Sequence record: PV029745.1
Direction: 5' to 3' (one strand)
DNA: 64,000 bases
Shown: positions 1-8,440 of the stretch, piece by piece
How the letters are laid out: each line of letters starts with the position of its first letter
How positions within the stretch are numbered: position 1 is the stretch's first letter
Position numbers and translations under genes: made by a program
Notes under the pieces: generated by a model
Databases searched by the model: none
Told to the model about the DNA's origin: nothing
Seen by the model: the letters and a program-made list of their open reading frames with translations, nothing else

Positions 1-157
1 CATCATGACCTTCGAAAGCAGCTTGTAGTTCTTCAATAGAAAGGGGACCGTATTCAACCGGTGTCTCTTGGGGAGTTTCCGGAATAACGGGAGTAACAGG
101 TTCTACCAGTTTAGCTACGGTAGGAATAGAGAAACCACGATTTCGATTTTTAGCCAT
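1..157 (-). CDS. 5' part of a hypothetical protein (MAKNRNRGFSIPTVAK...), runs off the window
   Basis: Translated by hand: ATG at 157 with an AGGA RBS upstream, frame open to the window edge; Pro/Glu-rich. Confidence 0.55.
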   Translation of the reverse strand, partial: MAKNRNRGFSIPTVAKLVEPVTPVIPETPQETPVEYGPLSIEELQAAFEGHD

Positions 158-219
158 GGGGATTTCCTAGTTTGTGAATAGTCAAAGAATTAGGGGAATT
201 GGTAAGATTCCCCTTTGTC

Positions 220-1563
220 TTAAGAAAGACGACGGACCGGGTCCCATTTAACAGTCTTCAGAGTAGCACTGTGCATCTTCGACATGAAGATACTCAAGAA
301 GCGTCCACCCACACCAGCTGCCGCAGCAGGAATACCGTTGGGGTTCTCAGCAAGAGCTTTACCCGCACAAGTAGCACAGATATTCTTATCTCGTCCAAGG
401 ATACCCTTTTCAATGTCACGTCCAGACTTACATGTCATTGGACCGCGTACATCGATAATTTGACCCATGAGTCCATCAATGTTTTCAGAGGTAATAAGAA
501 TGGATTCTCCATCCTTAACCATAGTGTAACCAACGAGTTCTTTAGCATTAAACTTATCTACTCGCGTTGGAACACCAATATGTGTTTTACAGTCAGGTTC
601 TATAATTCGGACTGTACCGACCATTCGATAAATAGTCTTGGTGGACTCGCCACCCAATGCAGTCTGAGCACCACGGTTATAAGAACCATAACGAAGAGAG
701 TTGTTCATCACAGGCATGTGATCTGTATCAATGCCTTCTTCAAGTGACTTAGAGATAAGTTCAACCGACGTACCATCCGAGAACGGAGATTCACCACCAA
801 ATAGATAGTGAACTTTCTTACGAACACCGCCGAATAGCTTAGCATGTTTTGCATCATAGAACTCATACGACTCATCGTCAGATAGATACTCTTCATCCAT
901 CTTAATAAGTTCGTTACCTATTTTTGCAACAATAGCTGGGTCAGTTAATTGATCTTTATATTGTTCCAAAAGAGCTGCACGTACTTTATCTCTGTCTGGG
1001 TGAGCAGTCATCGATTTACGTGTAACAGAAGTAACAAGGCTATCTGCGTAAGCGGGAATAGCTAGACAATGATCCGCAAACATTAGATATTGCCAAACGT
1101 AGATCTTACCATCCGGTGCTCGTTCAGTGACGTTACCATCTTCACGGTCGTCAATCAGTCTATCTAGCAGCTCATTCTCAATTTTAGCAGGTGAGAAATA
1201 TCCTGTCTGAAATGGGAAGATATCCCCGAACGGAAGGACCAGACAGAGGTAGTTAACGAATACATTACCATACGTAGTACGTAACGGTTCAGTACCTTTG
1301 TAGTTTTCTATTTCACCCGGTTGTAAAATGAATTCATCACGGAAGTGTAAAGGAGCTCGACCTTCGATGTAATCATCGATGAAAATTTTCTCATCGCCAT
1401 TCGGCATGTAGAACCACATTCGGCCTTCACCAAAATGTGGCTTATAAGGCATGTTAGGAATATCATCGTTATTATAAACGATGTTGAACAGACTGTTCAT
1501 CCATGCACGTTTTTTACATAGACCAGCTTTAATTCCTAAAAGGAAATAATCACGCAGTTTCAT
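220..1563 (-). CDS. Virion RNA polymerase beta'-like subunit (phiKZ gp80-like)
   Basis: 447 aa; beta' features such as IIEPDCKT and the C-terminal CATCAG Zn ligands; position at the edge of the gp75-gp80 block. Confidence 0.8.
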   Translation of the reverse strand: MKLRDYFLLGIKAGLCKKRAWMNSLFNIVYNNDDIPNMPYKPHFGEGRMWFYMPNGDEKIFIDDYIEGRAPLHFRDEFILQPGEIENYKGTEPLRTTYGNVFVNYLCLVLPFGDIFPFQTGYFSPAKIENELLDRLIDDREDGNVTERAPDGKIYVWQYLMFADHCLAIPAYADSLVTSVTRKSMTAHPDRDKVRAALLEQYKDQLTDPAIVAKIGNELIKMDEEYLSDDESYEFYDAKHAKLFGGVRKKVHYLFGGESPFSDGTSVELISKSLEEGIDTDHMPVMNNSLRYGSYNRGAQTALGGESTKTIYRMVGTVRIIEPDCKTHIGVPTRVDKFNAKELVGYTMVKDGESILITSENIDGLMGQIIDVRGPMTCKSGRDIEKGILGRDKNICATCAGKALAENPNGIPAAAAGVGGRFLSIFMSKMHSATLKTVKWDPVRRLS

Positions 1564-2434
1564 AGAGCTTTCCCATTTTACGCTTGATCTCGTCGATCAC
1601 CCGTTCCATGATATTACGTTCCATCTCGTTCTCTGTGTATTCATCGATAGAAACTTTAACAGTGCTATAGATACTATCGAGGTGAAGATTAGAGAAGAAT
1701 GCAAGACCTACCATTTCATAAGCCGCATCTTGAGCGTTCTTATTGTCCAGGCTTTCAAGACTATTAGAAAGGAGTTCTAACCAGTCATGTCCGACTCGCA
1801 TACCAGAATTAGACAGTTCGAGAACCATACTAAACTTATCTCGACCTATGGTATTCATCAATCGATTAAGAACACGGATACGGGATACAGGAGCGATGTA
1901 TTCGTCGATGTGACCACGCGTCATCATAGTGTCTTGCACCATCGCTTTTAAAGCATCGATGAAAGAAACAGATACTTCATTAATTAAAGGCCACACTTCG
2001 TCGAAAGAAAGGCGTTCAAACATAGGTACCAGATGAGCAAGAATTTCCTCATTATCGAAATCGCCTTGTAGAATCAACTCAATCTGGTCAGGAAGAATAT
2101 AATTTGGCAAACCTAAAATAGTACGGACAATTGCAAGCCGTTGCTCTTGTGTCGCCTCATCCGATACTTTAACTTCGTGTGCAGCTAGAACCTGATCATG
2201 GGCCACACGGATAATATCGTCGATACGGCCAAGCAACATCATAGTGTCTGCATTGTCATCAGCAATAGAGCAAACGGTATGCAGTTCATCAAGAGCTGCC
2301 GAGTAATCCATTTCCTCTAGGGAAGCTACGCATTCAAGCATGATTTCTTTTCGTTCTTCCATCACTAGGGGAGTGAGGATACTATCTAGCATTTCTTTCA
2401 TTGGAATTATCCTGTATAAATGAATATCTAACAT
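1550..2434 (-). CDS. Conserved phiKZ-like hypothetical protein (gp79-like by synteny)
   Basis: 294 aa helical acidic ORF coupled to the vRNAP gene. Confidence 0.6.
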   Translation of the reverse strand: MLDIHLYRIIPMKEMLDSILTPLVMEERKEIMLECVASLEEMDYSAALDELHTVCSIADDNADTMMLLGRIDDIIRVAHDQVLAAHEVKVSDEATQEQRLAIVRTILGLPNYILPDQIELILQGDFDNEEILAHLVPMFERLSFDEVWPLINEVSVSFIDALKAMVQDTMMTRGHIDEYIAPVSRIRVLNRLMNTIGRDKFSMVLELSNSGMRVGHDWLELLSNSLESLDNKNAQDAAYEMVGLAFFSNLHLDSIYSTVKVSIDEYTENEMERNIMERVIDEIKRKMGKLYETA

Positions 2435-2525
2435 ACGGTTATGTTGCAGGTATGTCTTCGTAATATGTGAAAAGTTACGTTTCCTGTAACATCTATGTTA
2501 CTACACTATTCCATTAGGAGCTTCA

Positions 2526-3122
2526 ATGAGTAAGTTTAGTGAGCTGCCGTTTAATTTGATGGATACAATACACCATCCAAAACCAACTCCTGAAGATGAA
2601 AAACGGCTCTCTGAAGCCCTTGATAAAATATTCCCCCATAATCCAAAATTGGAGCACAATCAAATGACCGCACTGTCCCCGAAAGAACAACTGGACCAAG
2701 CTGTAGAAGCTTCTGCTGTAGCAGCACAACAACTCATTAAAGAAGATGGCTGGGCCATTCTTCGCGAATTGTATCGCACTACAGCTGCTGCTCTTAATGC
2801 TACTTCCATTGTTATCATTCCGGCGCTGGAGCGTCGTGAAGAAATTCTGAGTAAACTCAGTGATCCTGAAGGTTTCTCTAAAGATCTGCAAAACTGCATG
2901 TCTGATATTGAACAGATGATCAGTGCTCTGGAAGCTCTTAGTATTCTTCACGTAAACAAAACTGGTACACCTGATCTGGCTGATCTCGATCAAATCGGTA
3001 AGCTGACTTTGGGTTACGCAAATCTCCAACATAAAGTAGAAACAGCTGTTCAACCACTGCTGATGGGTCTCATTGCTAAGATGCAAGAAGCTGGTGTTGA
3101 TACTGTTTCCTTCGTGAAATAA
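2526..3122 (+). CDS. Hypothetical helical protein
   Basis: 198 aa, AGGAG RBS, first gene of a + strand operon. Confidence 0.7.
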   Translation: MSKFSELPFNLMDTIHHPKPTPEDEKRLSEALDKIFPHNPKLEHNQMTALSPKEQLDQAVEASAVAAQQLIKEDGWAILRELYRTTAAALNATSIVIIPALERREEILSKLSDPEGFSKDLQNCMSDIEQMISALEALSILHVNKTGTPDLADLDQIGKLTLGYANLQHKVETAVQPLLMGLIAKMQEAGVDTVSFVK

Positions 3123-3133
3123 GGTAATACAAA

Positions 3134-4735
3134 ATGCAAGAGCTTGATATGGATAAAGAAGACAATTATCCTGCTGAGGGTAATTGGGAACAGCAAGCTG
3201 ATGCAGAAGTAGAACAGGGGCCCACGGGTCCCACTCTACCGGACGCACCTGCGGAAGAAGTATCTTCTTCGCCTGCTGTTGAACTACCTCCTCTGGTAAT
3301 TGACCAGAAACCAGTTAACTTCACTGAGACACGTTCTTGTTCTAGTGAAGCTATTCCTGGTATGACCTCTTTGATGAGTTTCATTCTAGAAAACCCCAAG
3401 ACCTTTAACCAGGTATTGGAACGTCACTCGGCGCTATTGAATGGAATGCACCAAGGTGATCTCACTACTACTAGCAGTGACCGAGATTGGTTGATTTCTC
3501 TAGTAGCTGGTATGAACCATACTAACCTTGACCCCACTCCTATCGGTGGGACGGAACGTGAAGGTTCTGTATGGCAACAAGGTATTACTGGTCATGATAA
3601 CGGTAACCTTATTCGACCAGGCCGCCCTTCTCAAAAGATCGATCGTAATAAACGACACAGTAAAGAAGAACTGTTGGCATACCTCTCCAAGAAATCTGGT
3701 CTTGGTGCGACATACGAAACGTTTATGCCTCGTTCGGGTATCTGGCTTCGCCTGCGTGCTCCGACACTTACTGAAGTAGTCGCATTGCAAACAGAAATGC
3801 AGCAGATCAAGCTGCGGCTGGGAATGCAAACCAAAGGCATGTCGTTCTCTAACGCTGGTTCCGTAATGATGAACGCGATGACTGACCTGGCTCTGTCTTG
3901 TGTTATTGCATCGAACAAGTCCTTCATTACTCCAAGTGACCTGGAACATGAACTATCGATCTTTGATGAAGCTATCCTGCATCATGCCCTAGCTTCTACA
4001 ATGTACATTGATGGATTCAACTACGACGTTCCATGTATTGCAGACCCGGACAACTGTACGGCTCGTATCACTGCAAAACTTAACATGTCGTCTATCGTTT
4101 GGTTTGACAACACTGTATTCAGTAATGATCAGCGTAAATTTATCGCTAAGAAATTTGCACCTGCTACGGATGAAGACTTCAAAGCTTACCGTGAAGGTTT
4201 CGGTATTGGCGGTAAGAAAGTATTCTGGTTTGGTGATATTGGTGTTCGTCTTGCTATCCCGACTATCGCTCAACGTAAGATGGCTGCTTCTCAGTGGTCT
4301 CAGACATTGATCGAAATGTCTCAAGGTACATTTAACGAACCGCCACATGGTGTTCAACGTTCAGCGTACATTGATAAACTGAGTAAAGCTACTATCGCCA
4401 TGCAGTATGCTCATTGGGTAGATGGTATCTATGAAAAGGACGACGATGTAGAAGACTTCGAAGATCAACTGCTTTCCGACGATCAGGAAATCATTAGTGA
4501 TTATCTGGCGAACACTCTGAGTGATCCGCAGTACGCGGAGCAGTTCTTTGATACCGTACATGAGTATACTAACTCTTGCGTACTGGCTGTGGTAGCTCTT
4601 CCATCGCATAACTGCAAAGAATGTAAAGGTCCTCAGGGCCAAGCATTCAACGAACGTTTCCCGCACCTTGTACCGCTAGACATGATGGCAATATTTTTCA
4701 CGTTGGCGGGCCAGAAAGCCAAGCACCTGGAGTAA
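3134..4735 (+). CDS. Putative tail/baseplate-hub assembly chaperone (T4 gp26/gp51- or gpG-like); phiKZ gp77-like by synteny
   Basis: 533 aa; FMPRSGIWLRLRAPTLTE resembles the T4 gp26/gp51 N-terminal motif; Cys pairs CIADPDNC and CKEC. Confidence 0.5.
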   Translation: MQELDMDKEDNYPAEGNWEQQADAEVEQGPTGPTLPDAPAEEVSSSPAVELPPLVIDQKPVNFTETRSCSSEAIPGMTSLMSFILENPKTFNQVLERHSALLNGMHQGDLTTTSSDRDWLISLVAGMNHTNLDPTPIGGTEREGSVWQQGITGHDNGNLIRPGRPSQKIDRNKRHSKEELLAYLSKKSGLGATYETFMPRSGIWLRLRAPTLTEVVALQTEMQQIKLRLGMQTKGMSFSNAGSVMMNAMTDLALSCVIASNKSFITPSDLEHELSIFDEAILHHALASTMYIDGFNYDVPCIADPDNCTARITAKLNMSSIVWFDNTVFSNDQRKFIAKKFAPATDEDFKAYREGFGIGGKKVFWFGDIGVRLAIPTIAQRKMAASQWSQTLIEMSQGTFNEPPHGVQRSAYIDKLSKATIAMQYAHWVDGIYEKDDDVEDFEDQLLSDDQEIISDYLANTLSDPQYAEQFFDTVHEYTNSCVLAVVALPSHNCKECKGPQGQAFNERFPHLVPLDMMAIFFTLAGQKAKHLE

Positions 4736-4773
4736 TCAACGAGGACCCCCGGCATAGTCGTCTAACAATTAAT

Positions 4774-5196
4774 TTGGAGGACGACAACGGGCACGTTACA
4801 ATGAACTCTTTCGGTCGCAAGACTGTTAATGGTAAGAGTGCATTCGATGAACTCGTGCGAACGCTAGATGCCGTAAGGCCAGCTATTGCCGAAATGTTGA
4901 CCAGGAAGGCCTACCATAAAGACTACGGTATTTTCGATCATGATTCACCAGAGGCTGATCCTTTAGATCTGGTTAGAATGCATCCTAAGGAAAACGTCGT
5001 AGAAGGTGGACCTGAAAGAACTTGGATACGGAAGTTTGTCAATTACAAGATCAATGACATTTATGGTTTATCTTTACTAGAGTTCTTTGAACTACCCTTT
5101 AATGATTGTTTGTTCATGATTGAACTTGCAGAGTCGAAGGCTATTCAAAGTACATCGCAAGCTAGACAAATCGAGAAAGATCTTGGATTAAAATAA
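4774..5196 (+). CDS. Putative gpT-like chaperone extension; frame is open from 4627 and may be reached by a -1 frameshift
   Basis: No convincing RBS for TTG4774 or ATG4801; C-terminal YGLSLLEFFELP resembles GT/gp51 C-terminal motifs. Confidence 0.5.
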   Translation: MEDDNGHVTMNSFGRKTVNGKSAFDELVRTLDAVRPAIAEMLTRKAYHKDYGIFDHDSPEADPLDLVRMHPKENVVEGGPERTWIRKFVNYKINDIYGLSLLEFFELPFNDCLFMIELAESKAIQSTSQARQIEKDLGLK

Positions 5197-5210
5197 AAAA
5201 AATAAAGCAT

Positions 5211-5234
5211 AGCTCCTACCCGAAGGTAGGAGCT
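5211..5234. terminator. Bidirectional intrinsic terminator
   Basis: AGCTCCTACC-CGAA-GGTAGGAGCT between convergent genes; A-run on the left, TTATGCCG on the right. Confidence 0.85.
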
Positions 5235-5244
5235 TTATGCCGTC

Positions 5245-5484
5245 TTACACTTGTGCTTCAATCATCATGAAAAGACCACCCAAGAAGAGAGTGATCAGCG
5301 CTACGATAGCAGCTCCCCATATGAGAGCAGTGCAAATCATATTAATGCGGTCGAGCATGATGATATCTTTCTTGGGTAAACGAGTTCGACGAACATCATC
5401 GTTATCTTTTACCAGTTTTGCTACGAACAGGGACCCAGCGATAATCGAAATAGAGATCCACCAGATCAGCATGATGGTTTCCAT
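5245..5484 (-). CDS. Small membrane protein (2 TM)
   Basis: 79 aa, two long hydrophobic stretches, GGAG RBS. Confidence 0.7.
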   Translation of the reverse strand: METIMLIWWISISIIAGSLFVAKLVKDNDDVRRTRLPKKDIIMLDRINMICTALIWGAAIVALITLFLGGLFMMIEAQV

Positions 5485-5497
5485 GATTAACTCCTTG

Positions 5498-5758
5498 TTA
5501 GTTCATGAGCGTCCACGGCGGTAACTGGAGAGGGGTATACACGCTAACCAGGGCCGTAATGATCATTACTAGATAAATCGCAAAGCTAATTGCCCAACTG
5601 ACGCAGAGGAACATGCAGAGGTACTTCCAATTAGGAAGCCACTTGCATACACCCATTACGAACAACCACGATACAGCATAGCCAGTCATGAACAGTAGTC
5701 CAGGAAAGCTAAGTGTCCCGTAAATAAACGCTATTGGGTTAGTAAACATCAAATCCAT
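5498..5758 (-). CDS. Small membrane protein (2-3 TM)
   Basis: 86 aa, almost entirely hydrophobic. Confidence 0.7.
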   Translation of the reverse strand: MDLMFTNPIAFIYGTLSFPGLLFMTGYAVSWLFVMGVCKWLPNWKYLCMFLCVSWAISFAIYLVMIITALVSVYTPLQLPPWTLMN

Positions 5759-5766
5759 GTTAACTC

Positions 5767-5955
5767 CTATTTTGGAAGCATGTCGAATAAATGATATCCA
5801 CTATAGCCGGTGATAGCAATAATAACTACACCAAATAGAACCATAGAGATTCTATCTGAAAAGGTTTTACTGCTAGCTACCAAGCCATAGAAAGTCATTA
5901 CACCTCCAACCGTAAGAGAAGCGAAGAAGGTGAGTATCAGTACAATCCATCCCAT
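5767..5955 (-). CDS. Small membrane protein (2 TM)
   Basis: 62 aa, two hydrophobic helices. Confidence 0.65.
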   Translation of the reverse strand: MGWIVLILTFFASLTVGGVMTFYGLVASSKTFSDRISMVLFGVVIIAITGYSGYHLFDMLPK

Positions 5956-5959
5956 GGCA

Positions 5960-6169
5960 TCAACTCAGAAAGATGTTATAAAAGGTTGCCATGATCAAGT
6001 ATACGGCAAGAAGGATTGCTGCCAAAGGACCAGATGCATTGAAAGCTTTAGCCAGTTTAATCGGCAGGTGGTTCGTTTTGACACCCATGACCGCAAGTCC
6101 CTGTTTCAGGAAAAAGACGATGAACAGAGTGATGATAGCGAAAGCAAATACATTGGTGATAATAGCCAT
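5960..6169 (-). CDS. Small membrane protein (2 TM)
   Basis: 69 aa, AAAGGA RBS, downstream of an early promoter motif. Confidence 0.7.
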   Translation of the reverse strand: MAIITNVFAFAIITLFIVFFLKQGLAVMGVKTNHLPIKLAKAFNASGPLAAILLAVYLIMATFYNIFLS

Positions 6170-6202
6170 TACATTGTCCTTTATGTGGGTGTATATTCAC
6201 AG

Positions 6203-6222
6203 TTGTAATATAGGCTTTAAAT
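6203..6222 (-). promoter_or_regulatory. phiKZ-type early (vRNAP) promoter
   Basis: Minus strand TTAAAGCCTATATTACA, with the TATTAC core of phiKZ early promoters. Confidence 0.65.
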
Positions 6223-6519
6223 GAACTTAAATGCATATTTGAGATTAGCTGCTGCGAACATAGCAACAGTGAAGAACCCAAATCCAGCGATTAGATAATA
6301 ACGATACTCTCTCCAGTGTTTAGGTGTATCGTAGGCATTTGGATCAACTAGTGCATTACCGATACCTAAAACACAGGTACATGCAGCTAGTACACCTGTT
6401 GAAATAGCCAGTGCAGCATAAGGTAGATAGATGTATGCCACAACGGGAATTGCTATAACAATTACCAGAAGGAGGAACATTAGGTTGGGGAAAGGGAGAG
6501 CAGCGGGAGATGTATTCAT
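6217..6519 (-). CDS. Membrane protein (3 TM)
   Basis: 100 aa, three hydrophobic segments. Confidence 0.7.
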   Translation of the reverse strand: MNTSPAALPFPNLMFLLLVIVIAIPVVAYIYLPYAALAISTGVLAACTCVLGIGNALVDPNAYDTPKHWREYRYYLIAGFGFFTVAMFAAANLKYAFKFI

Positions 6520-6529
6520 TTGTAATTCC

Positions 6530-6802
6530 TTAGATGTGGGATGCAGCGATTACGAACATGGTCAGCGTAAAGTAAGCTAATACCAAGTAACATTTCTTTA
6601 CGAACGTATGGATCAATCGGGTCAATGCAATCTCAGAATACTCTATAGACTGCTTTATTAACTTCGGTTTGATGTTCTGTCCGGCTAAACGTAACAAGTG
6701 TTTATAGTGCGCCGTTCTGTACTCCTCACGGAGCTTCAGTTCCAATACATACATCACGACGGTTAATATCGGTGAAACAATAAGTAGGATCACAGGTGAC
6801 AT
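6530..6802 (-). CDS. Membrane protein (2 TM)
   Basis: Start moved to ATG6802 (GAGG RBS); hydrophobic N- and C-termini. Confidence 0.65.
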   Translation of the reverse strand: MSPVILLIVSPILTVVMYVLELKLREEYRTAHYKHLLRLAGQNIKPKLIKQSIEYSEIALTRLIHTFVKKCYLVLAYFTLTMFVIAASHI

Positions 6803-6825
6803 TTCTATTCCTCTTAACGGTATAA

Positions 6826-6845
6826 AGCCCACCCGAAGGTGGGCT
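6826..6845. terminator. Intrinsic terminator hairpin
   Basis: AGCCCACC-CGAA-GGTGGGCT just after the helicase stop. Confidence 0.75.
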
Positions 6846-6849
6846 GTTA

Positions 6850-8384
6850 TTAGTGCATGGCTATCCGTCTGAGTACCATTGAAAGAGTTTTACCGGCGAA
6901 ATGCTCACTTTTATTCCGAGCATATCTCACGTGGTGCGGTATGTTTTCACACACTAGGTAGGTCAACCTAGGTACCACATCTTGGAAGTCTTTCAGTTTA
7001 CGGAGACGACCCAGAATTTGAATGTTATCTTTCTTGGAATCGGTAGCTTGTAACAATACTACCTCACGAAGATTAGGGATGTCTACACCTGTACCAGATG
7101 ACTTAATAGTGGACACCGTAATGTCGTTCTTAAGTAACTGTTCATAACTGCAACCTGAGACATGTCCGTTAACCACAAGGTCAGGGAACTTAGTCTTTAG
7201 ATATTTAACCAGTTTTTCAATAAAGGCGACCGTTGCACAAAGGAGGAGTAGTTTCTGACCAGGTAACCGATCTTTCACATACACGCCCTCAGCAATACGA
7301 CCGACCATCCTGAAATAGTCATCCATCCGTTTAGGATCTTTCATCATTACCGTTTCGTAACGCGCATGGTTATACGTATTCTTAAACGGTGTAAGATAAT
7401 CCTTCGGTTTGATCTTTGGTTCAGTGTAGAGTAGCCCCATGCAGTTGATGTAGACATCGTAGTTGGGCAGGCGACACATGGTCTCTGCTGGCAACATCTT
7501 GTCAATCATCTTCGTCACGTAGGCGTTCCCTGTGTAGGGAGTAGCCGACAAATAGATCTGCTTATTAATGTTAGAGTAAATATCGATACGGAAGGTTAGT
7601 CCTGGATCTTCTTGAATCTCGTCGTTAATTTGCAGTCCTGCTTGTATTGCTTCGTGGAACCGGGGTGGAGGTACATTGTATCCGAGCTCATGGAGTCGGT
7701 TACCATACTTCTCAAAGTTATCTAGATATGCCCGGTAGGTAGTAGAAGAGATTACAATAACGTCAATCCCTTCAAGATCGTTTTCGACGCCGCGATCTAT
7801 TAGTTTTTGGAGTTCTGCGGAACCCGAGATGGTAATGTATCTCTGGGCAATGTCCTTGTAAGTGTTCTGAAGAGCCTCAATCCAAATACCAAAATACTTG
7901 GGAGGAACCATCACAACACATCTTACCCCCATCGAAGCCAAGGACGCTAGGCTCGTGAGGGTTTTCCCTTTCCCGTTTGCAAGTCTACCCGTGCAGAATG
8001 TAACCAATCACGCAAAATATCTTCACGGATGATTTCCTGATAATCCCGGAGTACGTATTTCTCGTACATTTCGTAAACAGCAGTTGCTGCTTTAGGGACA
8101 GGGATATCCTCAATCTCGACTCGTTCTCTTGGGATACCTTTGTTCTCCAGATAACCGATCAGGTCTTCTAGTGAATTTCGGTGGATATAAGTCTCTGATA
8201 GATCTTCGAAACAACCATAGTACTTTTTCTTGAGTTCCATGATGATTCGATTACCAGGGATCTTCTTAGGTTCTTTCAAAGAAAGCCCTTCAAGAAACCC
8301 CTGCATCTTAGCGAACGTTTCCCGAGTATACCCAGATAGTCGGACACCATGCGTATAGCGCTCAGCCTTGAGTATCGGTAGCAT
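6850..8384 (-). CDS. SF2 (UvsW/DEAD-like) helicase, phiKZ gp75-like, split into two frames at Walker A
   Basis: ORF 7947-8384 ends LRDYQ...DLQTGKGK; ORF 6850-8007 continues GKGKTLT and carries motif II (NDEIQ), motif III (SAT) and motif VI (QILGRLRK). Confidence 0.85.
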
Positions 8385-8440
8385 AAAAAATTAACGAGGG
8401 GAAAGGGAGAGCCAAAGCCCTCCCTACCTCGACCTCCATC

